From NCBI GenBank assembly GCA_013115145.1, contig JAAPAO010000005.1, positions 124,001-188,000 of the forward strand: a stretch of DNA of 64,000 nucleotides, in the 5' to 3' direction. Each line of letters begins with the position of its first letter. Position 1 is the stretch's first letter. Positions 1-10,927 of this stretch are shown here, one piece after another. Source of the stretch: Perkinsus chesapeaki ATCC PRA-425. Taxonomy: Eukaryota > Protista > Perkinsozoa. A model generated the notes under the pieces. The model worked only from the letters and a program-made list of their open reading frames with translations. It ran no database searches and was not told where the DNA came from. The position numbers were made by a program, and so were the translations under genes.

Positions 1-330
1 AAGCAGCATCCTGCTGCTTGTGATGATGAGTGCGCTATCTGCTTATCGGATTATGATCCTAGCGACGTACTTATCCGTTTACCATGTGGTCATGTATATC
101 ATTCACAATGTATTGATATGTTATTGAATGCCCCTTTATCATATGGTGACAAATGCCCTAAATGTCCACTATGCAGAGCACGCCTCGGTAAAGTGGATGA
201 TAATAATGGTGATCATAAACAATCCAACATGAGAAATGAGGAAGCCGTTGTTGCCCTCCCATTTGATAGGGAGTCCATGGCTACTACTATTCACAACACG
301 GCTACCCCTATTACTGTTATTAGTTTATAG
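1..330 (+). CDS. RING-H2 E3 ubiquitin ligase, 5'-partial (array copy 1)
   Basis: Frame 1 from base 1 reads CAICLSDYDPSDVLIRLPCGHVYHSQCIDMLL...CPLCR (C3H2C3 RING-H2); stop at 330. Confidence 0.85.
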   Translation, partial: KQHPAACDDECAICLSDYDPSDVLIRLPCGHVYHSQCIDMLLNAPLSYGDKCPKCPLCRARLGKVDDNNGDHKQSNMRNEEAVVALPFDRESMATTIHNTATPITVISL

Positions 331-805
331 GATTGTTATTAGGGCTGACTAAGGCCTTATTCTGCTATTCATCTCACTCTGAGCGGATGGGCTTCCGAAG
401 TGAAGTCTTTGCGCAATTAATTTTTTTTGTACTGGCTTATTGTTGCTGCTCCTTGGAGTAGCAGCATTTTAGGATTGTAGCTCTGCATTCTTGTGTTCCC
501 ACCAATTTCACTATATAACCTGTGGAATCAGAAGAGTAGTGTTATAATCTTCCTCCTATTCTTTATCCCAGTAATATCGTTAACCTTCGTGACTTATCTC
601 TGATCATATATCGTTATCATCAAAGTGATGATGTACAAGTATTAGTTGTTGTTGTTGAGTTCGCTAGTCTCGTCTATTACTTCTCTATCCTTCCTAGAAT
701 CGTATCATAATGAGTCTCCCTTTATCTATGCTTCTATATTATAATTATCTTGCGTTAATCTACGGTATTCATTCCCCTTCTAGTTTATGTTTTATTACCA
801 TATCA

Positions 806-1642
806 ATGGCTGCGAGTCTGAAGGCACTAGTACGTCGGGAAACGTACGCTCCAGCACTTGAGAAACGGTTCCGTTTTCTTTGGTTACTTTATCTAATAGT
901 ATATATTATTATTGCTGCAGTTATAGTGATAATGGTGCAGTTTAACTATATCTTTATTATATACTGTGTTGTCGCTGCTATAGTGCCCCCTATACTAATA
1001 ATATATTACTGTTATAAAACCGAGAAAAGAGAAGATGAAGAGTATCAAGCTACTATACAAGCACACCTTGACGGTAACGATGAAGATGGTATGAGAAAAC
1101 GATGTCGAAAATGGGTTAAACATAATAGCCGTAAGGTTGACGGTGCGGAACCTTCGCTGACTGGCAGGGTCTGTGCTATATGCCTTGGGGATTATACTGC
1201 TGGTGATAGGGTTTGGATATTACCCTGTGGTCATGCTTATCATAAAGAATGTATCGATGTTATGTTAAAGGAATGTAAACCTGAACATGGTAAAATATTT
1301 AGATGTCCGATATGTCGAGTTCAACTTGGTATCGAAGATCTCCATACTACCAACCAACATCATAATAATACAGAAGGCCAACATCATGATGATACGATAA
1401 CTAATAGGGCAGTGGCGCCCCCAGCACATACAAACGATATGGTGCCAGTAGTGGTCAACTGTGGGAGACGTAATGGCAAGCACACCAATATTATCCATCA
1501 TTCGCATACGGAGTGTGCTCTTGATGAGGATAAAGCTTTGAAGATTGAAGGGTTTTCGAATAGCAGCAGAGGGCGGCGGTGTAGAAGCCATACTGGGTGT
1601 ATTGCCGCGATCGAGAGAGGAGGACGAATATCTGTGCTTTGA
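806..1642 (+). CDS. Transmembrane RING-H2 E3 ligase (array copy 2), intronless
   Basis: Two hydrophobic segments ending IVPPILIIYY, then CAICLGDY...LPCGHAYHKECID...CPICR. ATG 806 preferred over the track start at 710. Confidence 0.85.
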   Translation: MAASLKALVRRETYAPALEKRFRFLWLLYLIVYIIIAAVIVIMVQFNYIFIIYCVVAAIVPPILIIYYCYKTEKREDEEYQATIQAHLDGNDEDGMRKRCRKWVKHNSRKVDGAEPSLTGRVCAICLGDYTAGDRVWILPCGHAYHKECIDVMLKECKPEHGKIFRCPICRVQLGIEDLHTTNQHHNNTEGQHHDDTITNRAVAPPAHTNDMVPVVVNCGRRNGKHTNIIHHSHTECALDEDKALKIEGFSNSSRGRRCRSHTGCIAAIERGGRISVL

Positions 1643-2094
1643 TGAGAGATACAACTGTTGTTTATGTTGTATGGATTTTATACACATTTTAGTATGTATG
1701 TCAGTACTGATCATCTGTAGCAATATATAGTACTTTCACCATCTCAATAGGGTGGTCCGTAAATGTTGTCTACTGCTTGCATGCATCACCCTTGCCGTGT
1801 ATGGTTATTTTATATGAGTATCTTCAAGGCCGGCATTTCTGTCCACCATTCCTCTATCCAATTTGTCCTTTTATATATCCAGTTATTTTATTAACCCTTA
1901 CAACGTGGTCCATCCAAGTGTATGCCGCCCCTCCCCCTAACCTATCAAGCAGCGTTATTCCTACAGCATATGTGACTGCATTTCCACTTCTTTATCTCTA
2001 TTATTGGGATTGCGTTATCCAATTTACCTTTTTTGTTGTGTTTACTGTATCGTATTCCAAGTCTCTTGAAGCTCCTCATTTATCTACACACTAC

Positions 2095-2706
2095 ATGACA
2101 ATATCCTTCCGGCTCTCTAAAATTCATCCTGCATTCCAACGCAAGTATCTGGGTATGTGGTTGGGATGGCTTGTGGCATTCCCTTGTGCTGCTATTGGTA
2201 TAGTTATGACTGCCCCTAGTCAAGGGTATGTATTCCTAGTATATGTTATACTATGTGGTATTGTACCTCCTTTATTAATAATGCAATATGCTCATAACAT
2301 TGAAGCACGAGAACGTCGTTTGCGTGCACTTGAGGGTCTACACAGAAGGTCTACGCGCTCACGACTCGACGTGACTGATAATGAGATGGCCGCGTTGCGT
2401 AAGGAGTGGAATGAGTGGATGAAGGAGGAGTGTCAGGATCTTCATGGTTCTGATTTAAAGAGAGATGAAGAGCCTTGTGCAATATGTCTTACTGATTATA
2501 CTCCTGATGATGAGATTGTGAAGCTACCGTGTGGGCATGAGTATCATACGGATTGCCTCCATCTTATGTTTAATTCTTTTCCCAGGAATGGTACATTGTA
2601 CCACACATGCCCACTATGCAGAGTTCAAATTGGCCATCTAGAGCGTACTAAGTCTGATGGCTCTAAGAACATTGATGTACCAGTCACTTTACCAGTGTCG
2701 TCTTGA
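2095..2706 (+). CDS. Transmembrane RING-H2 E3 ligase (array copy 3), intronless
   Basis: Two hydrophobic segments ending IVPPLLIMQY, then CAICLTDY...LPCGHEYHTDC...CPLCR. ATG 2095 matches the copy-2 architecture. Confidence 0.85.
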   Translation: MTISFRLSKIHPAFQRKYLGMWLGWLVAFPCAAIGIVMTAPSQGYVFLVYVILCGIVPPLLIMQYAHNIEARERRLRALEGLHRRSTRSRLDVTDNEMAALRKEWNEWMKEECQDLHGSDLKRDEEPCAICLTDYTPDDEIVKLPCGHEYHTDCLHLMFNSFPRNGTLYHTCPLCRVQIGHLERTKSDGSKNIDVPVTLPVSS

Positions 2707-2855
2707 CCAGGACTTCAGAGCCAACAGACGGAGCCAGTAGTCGCTATTATACTTTTTCTCGTATAAATTGGTGTATTAGCTTCTGCTCTGCGAATACCTT
2801 TAAGCTTTCTATGTTATTGTGATATAGATTGCCTTCTTTGTTATAAAGCGCCCGT

Positions 2856-3185
2856 TTAGTTTCGTTTTTTTAATAGCATTTCGATTCTCAGCGCTCTATA
2901 ACGGTTTTCCTTCTGGTACTTGTATCTTACTGTATAAATAACAATGTGCTTTAGTTTCGGCCAACTTAAATAATCAATTCGTACCTTTTTGGGTGCTCCC
3001 CTAGGCCCTGTAAGCAAGTCGTTTTCTTCTACTATACTTGACTTGTATTGCCTAAACTCTTTTTCCTGTGTATCGATCACTTTTGTTACATACGTTATGA
3101 TGCTACAGTTGCTCCAACACCTGTTGGTCGCTACAGCAACATCGCTTACTATTAAGGCCTCGAGTTTCTCAAGTTGGTAGTTCAT
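2856..3185 (-). CDS. Hypothetical ORF, possibly the last exon of an upstream minus-strand gene
   Basis: 109-codon ORF of normal complexity; no family recognised. Confidence 0.3.
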   Translation of the reverse strand: MNYQLEKLEALIVSDVAVATNRCWSNCSIITYVTKVIDTQEKEFRQYKSSIVEENDLLTGPRGAPKKVRIDYLSWPKLKHIVIYTVRYKYQKENRYRALRIEMLLKKRN

Positions 3186-5119
3186 AGTTGTTTACAGTAC
3201 TTCAGTGACAATGAGTTGAGTTGTCACATTGAAGGGTGTAATGGGCCAGCATTTCATAATATACAACACTCTAAACCCTCTACCGCACTTGCGGGATTAT
3301 CCTGTTAAGCTCTCGGGACTCAGGCTGTCGGACACAACTCTGTCCCCTTTCGTATAATAAGATAGAAATTTATTTAGATGTCCGAGGCAACGTAATTAAT
3401 ACGATACACGCATTGGAGAGTTCCCTAATATCATCATTATCAACTCGTACGGTATAGATTACCACCAAAGGTGTCATGTAAGAACCCCTTAATAGTAGCT
3501 GTTGCCTATGAGCTAAAGGCATCACAACCAGCAGCTTAGCGATGCTTATCTGCGCTACACTATATCCTCTCAATTAATCTGGGTAACTGTTGTTTAACGA
3601 AACATAATAATAAGATATTGGAAATGTTAGAAGTGATGATGACGAATATTGTTGATGATCTACGACAATAAAAACAGTATCATAGAGCCTACCACACAAG
3701 AAGTAGATAATAAACACACAACAACTTCCTCCTCATGTTACAACAACTGCTGCTGTTGACTTCAACAACTTCAATAATAATAACAACGTATACTGTTGGT
3801 TATGATATTATGTTGGATACAAGAATAAATGAAGAATGCACAAACACAAGTAATATTACAAGTTTATCACCGTAATATCACAACTACTATCCTATATCAT
3901 TTCCAAAATAGAATTACGTTGTTAAGGTTGTTGTTGTTTTTGTGCTTGTTGTTGTTGTTGGTAACACTACAATGCCATATAAAAGGCGGATACATATGCG
4001 ATAGAAACGAAGAGGAACTTGGTAATATGATACTACTACTACAAGTATAGCAGGATAAACGCCATACGTCATGAACATGATACGTTACAGCAGATTGCCG
4101 CTCGAACGACCAGCTAAATATGACGAATAAATCACAAATTATCGATTCGACGATGATAAGTGATTTACCGACAATGATAATAATCGTACATCTATAGAAC
4201 TACTACTACTATTAGTATCGTTAGTAACAAAAAGGGAGGAGGGAGAAACGACCACGAGTTATGGGGGTATGACTAGAAAAAGAAGTTATGTTAACAATGT
4301 TGAATAAACAATATATATGATGAATACTCAACATTGTTAAAGTAGGAGGAGGACATTTAACCACAACCATTACTCCCTCAGAAACAGTCTAAGGTAGCGG
4401 GAGTCGATGATAATGATGATGTTACTGTTGTCATGCTGTAGGATAGTGCTACCATATAATAGTGGCCCATAAGTAACTATTAATAGTAATAACCATCATA
4501 GGTACCGATGATGTTGATGTTAGTTTTGTTGTTGATGACGATATGATGGTTGTTGTTGATGATGATAATCATCACTATCCACTCCTGGTCATGAGTATCT
4601 TAGTCGTAGTAGCAGTAGTACACCGGTAAGGATGATAGAAAGGAATGAATATATACAAGCAAGAACGCTTAACTTCCTTTTTACATACGTGATATGTAAA
4701 AGACACGACAACACATCAACAACACCAATAACAATTACAGCAGCAACAACAACACTATAGGATTGCCCTCCACGGCGGAAGGCAAAACAAATAGAGGAAC
4801 AACAACAAGGATAACATTAGTCAAGAAGGAACGGAAATCAATAACGAGATATCCAAAGATATATTATATATACCTTAGTAGGATACCATGTAGTAGGCAA
4901 ACAACGATGGTAGTAGTAATGATGACCATAATAAATAGTAGTACTACTATTAGACAGGGTGATGGTCGAGGAGGAGGGGGAGGAGCTGGCAGCTAATAAC
5001 AACCGGAAGGATAAATGAAACCCAGTTGATATTAATAATATTATCTTAACCATAGAAATGATAATATCAATGATGCTGCTGCTGCTGCTGCTGTTAACCA
5101 AAAAAGGAATAATAACGTA

Positions 5120-6457
5120 TTACAATGTGACCAACATCTCATCTTCTAATGTAGGAAGATTAGGTAATACAGCTGATTCAGCTACACCACCATGAGGGTT
5201 TGGTTTGAGGAATTCTCTAACAAATGCTCTCATTTCCTCAACACTTGTAACATATTCCTTTGCTTGTACCATAGCTTCACGATCCCTTGATGCATCCTCT
5301 ATAGTCTTCCTTAATGGACCGTATACTCTTTTCTTATTTACATATACAGTACTAACATATCCATAAGGATTCCTCCATACACCAGGAGGAGCACCATAAC
5401 TCTTCCGTCGACCATAACAGCTGCTGCCCATATTACTACTATTAGTTGTACTCATATCATTTATACCGGTATTACCCTGAGGTCTAGGGATACCAGTCGC
5501 TGAAGAAAAAACAAGGATGAAAGTGAGATAAAATAATAAAAGTATTACCAGCTGGGAAGGAGAATGATGGTAATGGTGCTGCTAGTGTTGGTTGTGCCTG
5601 TTGTTGTTGTTGCTGCAATAAAGCTTGATGACCTAATGTGAAATTGTATTGTTGTTGTGTAGTTGGGGTTGTTGTTGTAGCTGTTGTTGAATAGGCAGGT
5701 TGATTGTTGGGAGTAGTAGTAGTTGTTGTTGGGTAAGTATTAATAGTAGGAGTAATACTTGGTGTAGATACACTATTAGGTGTATTACTACCATTAGACC
5801 CATTACTAGTAGCAGCTCCTCCAACTCGTGACAGTAATGCATTATAAGCAGCAGCTGCAGTAGTAGTAGTATTGCCTAACATCATAACATACAATCAATA
5901 CCTTATTATTTTTATTACCAGGATTGCCACCCCTTTGACTATTAAGGAGCTCTAAAAGCCCTAAGCATGCGTTAGTCAACACAGCATTCTCTGCCTCTAG
6001 TTTCTCCGAGTTGGTTCTAGTAAGTGCTAGAGGTTGCTGCTGCTGTGGCTGTGGTGGTATTGCTGGTAAAGCAGCAAGGGAGCTTTGTTGTTGTGTTGAT
6101 GATGTTGTTAAGGGTGATGCAGGCAATGTAGGTGTTGTTGGTAATGGGCTCAGCTGCTGACTACTGGTATTGCTGCTAGCACTTGTACTGAATCCACCAT
6201 CACTTAATGATGAGCATTCCAATGACGACGAAGTTGATGATGCAGTAGTTGCTGGGCTGGTAGCTGAGCAAGGAATAACATATTAATAATATTGTGATAT
6301 GTTGTATATTACGTGGGCTGGTAAACTTAGGGCTACTGCAACAACAAGGTGATGATAGAAGGTTATCATTATCATCATCAAAATTAAGTGTTAATGATGG
6401 ATGATGATTACTTGATAATTGATAATCTTGTCCATTATCCTGTTTATTTGAGAACAT
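5120..6457 (-). CDS. AP2-like domain protein A (putative transcription factor), about 4 exons
   Basis: Last exon RRKSYGAPPGVWRNPYGYVSTVYVNKKRVYGPLRKTIEDASRDREAM fits the AP2-type three-strand plus helix pattern. Upstream S/T/Q-rich exons have GT-AG introns; clear paralog at 11293-12856. Confidence 0.65.
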
Positions 6458-6783
6458 ATTGTATACAGAAGTAATAGGATAGTAACAACAACAACTACCA
6501 CCAACACTTCAAATGATGCTGCTGCTGCTCACAGCAATAACAACAGTATCGCCTTTCACGCTAGCAACGAAAACAATAACAACAGTTCCAGTGCCAAACC
6601 AAGTTACCCTACCAATTCCTCATACAAATTCCTTATTATTATATCCTATATATAATAATACATCCATACCCACAATAATCCCCTTAGGCCTACTATATGT
6701 AACACCAACTACCTCCCCACTCTCTCTATCATTGGTTAATAGCGCTCGCCATTATAATCGATATATGTTCGGCGCAAGGCCGT

Positions 6784-6904
6784 CGGGTTGAACGTAGTAA
6801 CTTTCAGGGTTCAACGTCGTCACTTTCTATAGTGGCCCCTAAAGGGTCCAAAACGCGGGCCTACGGCCCGCTGTCATACCCAGTCCATCGAAGCCTCTCG
6901 AAAA
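6784..6904 (+). repeat. Left terminal inverted repeat, 121 bp
   Basis: CGGGTTGAACGTAGTAACTTTC...GAAGCCTCTCGAAAA, identical base by base to the reverse complement of 10807-10927. Confidence 0.97.
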
Positions 6905-6973
6905 CGCTCTCTACGCTAAGGATTGATAAATGCTTATCCTATGGTTGCTAGTTAAGCGCTCGATGAAAATTCG

Positions 6974-7041
6974 AAAAAACGCTGTCACCGGGGTTCGAAC
7001 CCGTGCCCCCCAAACCAGCCTACAATCACCGACTACCACTA
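6974..7041 (-). ncRNA. Degenerate tRNA-like / Pol III unit (A-box-like, B-box, T6 terminator)
   Basis: Minus strand reads TAGTGGTAGTCGG ... ACGGGTTCGAACCCCGGTGACAGC G TTTTTT. The T-arm is canonical, but the acceptor and anticodon stems do not pair, so it is not a functional tRNA. Confidence 0.4.
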
Positions 7042-8318
7042 TCAAATTATCGAAATTATCAATGCTTCACGATGTTAACGACATACAAGCCTATTCGAAC
7101 GAGCGGGTCGACTTTATCAGACTAAGGATCTTATGTTTCTGGTTGCACGCATGTACAGAAAGGCGCGCCGTAACCCACTATCAATCGATCCCTCTACATT
7201 GTGTATTTGATGAGAAACTGATGTTCCTAATGAGTTGTTGGGATATAAGTGATGCGCATGGTATCGCTGCGAACTTCTCTGTATCCTGTTGTTATGTTGC
7301 GTTCCCGAGTGCGGCGCACCCAGTGCACAAGTGAACTGTGACTGAAACCGTCGTGACGCCGACTCCACCAGTACTGGAACAAACTCAAAGATAAGGAGCA
7401 AGCAGTAGTATGATTCAACAGGCACGCGTACGAGGCATGGCTTTCGGAGGCATGGCTCTTGAAGTATAGGGTCTTGTAGACCCGGTCTACACGGAGCCTC
7501 TGATTGGTGGATATTGTTGGAAACGTGAAGGGTGAGCGTGCCGGCTCATTTGTTACCTAACGGTGGATGAGAAGGAGAAGTGCGATTAGTTCATTTTCAT
7601 GCGTGTCCCGAGCGGAGTTGTCAATAGCGGATGTGGGAAATCAAGGGGGCAATCAGGTTGAAATGGTCACGAGATGCAGCAATCCACACGCTATTTCCAA
7701 CAATTCCAGCCGTGTCCAGGGAAGAAATGCATCAAATCCAGCTTACCTGGAGTCCTTGAGCATCCGATCGCTGATCAAGTCTGCATAACCGTCATCACGC
7801 AAAAATAGAAACGACAAATAAGAGTGGTGGTAATATTTTTTCTACGCCATTAATAACAATAATGGCTGAATGTGGAGAAACTGTATAGTGTCGTTTCTTG
7901 TGAGAATTTGATATTAGGATTCTCACTTTGTAAATATTAGGTTTCTAACAATGAGATTCTGACTAGTAGGGACGATGGTACTCGAAATTATAATTCGTCA
8001 GCGAATATTTTACGTTACGTTTTATTGTGAAGTTAACCAGAAAAGTCCAGGTGATGCGGCTGCCGTTACGGCAGTGCCGTATCACCGCCATACTGGAATA
8101 CGAAATCCCAAGTTCCATTACATCCGATCGTGGCAAAACTGCAAGGTTAATTGTCAATTACAATCAAGTAGTCCTGCAATTTCCAGGCTGGCAATATATC
8201 AATGATTACCAAAAAAGGCTTGCACACCGAAATTTTGTGACGCACTCATTAATGCAATACTTTAAATTGATAACAGCGCTGTCAATCATTAATCTCAGTA
8301 AGAATTCTTACATAATAC

Positions 8319-9629
8319 ATGTCCAGCATCGAAAGCGATCCTCCGCTCGATCCTGAACAGCAATATGCTTTGGAGTACGTGGTTCATAACCTGAATGACA
8401 CGACCGGTGGCAAAAAGTACTTCTATGTCGCTGGTTATGCAGGAACAGGAAAATCCCACCTCCTCAAACAAATTATGGCTACCTTGGCTCCTGAACGGGA
8501 GTCCCTGGCGCTGGCATGGACTGGAATTGCCTCGCAAATTCTCGGGGGTATGACGCTGGTGGCCTTCTGTGGTCTCGAGTTTGACCATACTGGTCATGTT
8601 GCAGACACAGGGTTTATGCGTTGTCGTAGCGAGTTAACCGGTCGTATGATAAGGGGCATGACTGATCGCGGATTGAGGCAAAAAATCCGCGATGGCAAGC
8701 TCTTACTTGTTTTTGATGAGATAGTAGCCATTCATGACTCCGTGCTTGACGCTTTATTGGCGGCCTTCCAAGATCTTCGGAGGGGCCTGATAGGGTGTCA
8801 TGAGCCTTTTGGGGGGATACCGGCAGTTCTCAGTGGAGACCCGTGTCAGCTCGGTCGGATGGAGCTTTACGGGGACTCGCCGAAATTCCCGAGTTCGGAT
8901 TACCCTACTGGTTACTGTTGGGAGGGAATAACCTGGAGTCATATGGCTCCAGATATTCTGTACCTGCAAAAGTTCCACAGAGGTGGTGGTTCGGATACAG
9001 CATATCTCAACCTGTTGGCCGAAATCCGCATGAAACCTCGAGAAGGCGGTGTTCCACAGTTTTCACCTGAAGCCCTCGCCACCCTGGAGAAAACTAGGGA
9101 CAGGGACGGTGGGAAGAAAAAACCAATGTAAGGCTTGCAGGTACGCGTTCTCATGAAAAAAATAAATTCACATTTTTCTATTGCACATTTCTATTTTGTG
9201 TATTTATCTCAGAGAGTACTATACTATAACGTGGAATTTGGTATAAACTATTAATAATACTGTCATATCAGTAATACATAATCATCTAGCAAATGAGATA
9301 ACTATGATAGTGCCACTATCCAGCATTCAAATTCAATTACAACCTAACCGATAGATGATAGAGAAATTCACTTGTGTGAATAGATTCGTGGAGAGACTGA
9401 GACTCAGTCTAAACGCTTCCTACTTTCAGAAAAGATTCTGTTTAGGTTCGACCATGTGACCATATGCCTGACAAACCAACAAGTTGACAAGCTGAACCAA
9501 GAACACCTAAATTCGCTTCCGGGGCAAGAATACTTGCCCGTAACGACTAGAGTGCAGTTCCGTCATGGAACTTCCATCGGAGCACCGTCGCGCACCACGA
9601 TTTGTGTATATCTGCTCTTTGCATATTGA
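8319..9629 (+). CDS. Pif1-family SF1B DNA helicase, 2 exons (8319-9127, 9446-9629), C-terminally incomplete
   Basis: EQQYAL, Walker A VAGYAGTGKS, AWTGIAS..GGMTL, LVFDEI, EPFGGIPAVLSGDPCQL and HR..SDTAYLNLLAEIR are present. A phase-compatible GT-AG intron (9128-9445) adds TICLTNQQVDKLNQEHLNSLPGQEY. No HKSQG motif seen. Confidence 0.9.
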
Positions 9630-10806
9630 CGATTCTACATGACCAGCACAAAACATGTGCACGCGTGCGAAAATTGCGTTACGGCTAGAATACTGTAGAG
9701 CGGTTTCCTCGCTGAATATATAGGTACTTTTCAAGTAGTCACTGCTCCAGCTAAGTCTCGAACGCTCAGTGTAATCTCGATTATTAGTTTCGAGCTGAAA
9801 CTAAATAAAATCAAGTCCCTGCCCGGCTGCTAGAGATCCTTGGGAGCAGGGCACCTTAGCTTAGCTAGCAGTGAACCCTTGAGAGCTACGAGTCATGACC
9901 GGTGACACGGGGTTTTCATTGGGTATCAACTGCGGAATGTATACTACGTAATACGTAGCTACCGCTCCATCGGGGAGAGTCCCGGCCCCATTATGTCCCA
10001 CCCGGGGCATATAGGTCTCCTATCCTAGCCTCGAGGGCAGAGTTTTGCGGGAAAATGTCCCGCATGGCGCAATTTTCTCGTTAATGTCGAATTTACGTTA
10101 GCATAGGGTTTTTAGTAGTATAAGGCGTTTTGAGGAGTAAATGGTTTCTCTAAAGCTTGTGATGACTCGCCACTGGCGGCATAATAACTGTCCCCTTTAC
10201 CTTTAGCTAAGCTTAGGGTTCGCTCAGACCACTCCATATATTAGCTTATACTCACTAAAGTTCAACATTCATTTGAGTCTTATACAAACTCGAGTCTCTT
10301 CTTAAAGTGTCACAACAAACTTCCAACCCAAGAGTTGCAAATGGCATAGAAACCCCTAGCGCATGCGTACAAGTATGCCATTGGTAAACATGAAATAAAG
10401 TGGTGTTGACTAAGACATGCTGTACATAACTGGTTCTCCCGTGCTCTGAGAAATCATCGACGATCGATGCGACAGATGCAATCGAGCATAACAGATACCG
10501 TACGGCGTATGTTGCTGCTGTAGCCCTAAGTGTACGTGCACGAAATTTCGTGCAGTTGCAGGAAGGTGTTAAGAAATGGATGAGTCAGGGCTTCGGTCCA
10601 GGATCTTCCCAATTGATAGAATTTTCTCTGCCCTTCTGCGAGAGAGTCTGAACGTGTTCTGCAGAGCCACACCATCCATCCTCATGTGGCCTCGTCCCGG
10701 AACCTTTCGCAACTTTCACCCAGACTTGGGTTTATTCGATTTACCTGACGCAGGTCAGATATACCACCTTCAAGAGATTGCGGGGTGAGGTTCAGATAAG
10801 GGGGCA

Positions 10807-10927
10807 TTTTCGAGAGGCTTCGATGGACTGGGTATGACAGCGGGCCGTAGGCCCGCGTTTTGGACCCTTTAGGGGCCACTATAGAAAGTGACGACGTTGA
10901 ACCCTGAAAGTTACTACGTTCAACCCG
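10807..10927 (-). repeat. Right terminal inverted repeat, 121 bp
   Basis: Exact reverse complement of 6784-6904. Confidence 0.97.

Noticed and set aside
2856-3185. hAT C-terminal dimerisation-like remnant (KEFRQY...WPKLKHIV)
   Set aside because: It lacks the WW and SS..ERxFS motifs; more likely a host exon.
6974-7048. Functional tRNA gene
   Set aside because: Only the T-arm pairs; acceptor and anticodon stems do not form.
10430-10651. Open stretch TAYVAAVALSVRAR as Pif1 motif VI (GQAYVALSRAR)
   Set aside because: It needs insertions to align, no preceding HKSQG motif is present, and I could not establish a splice path.
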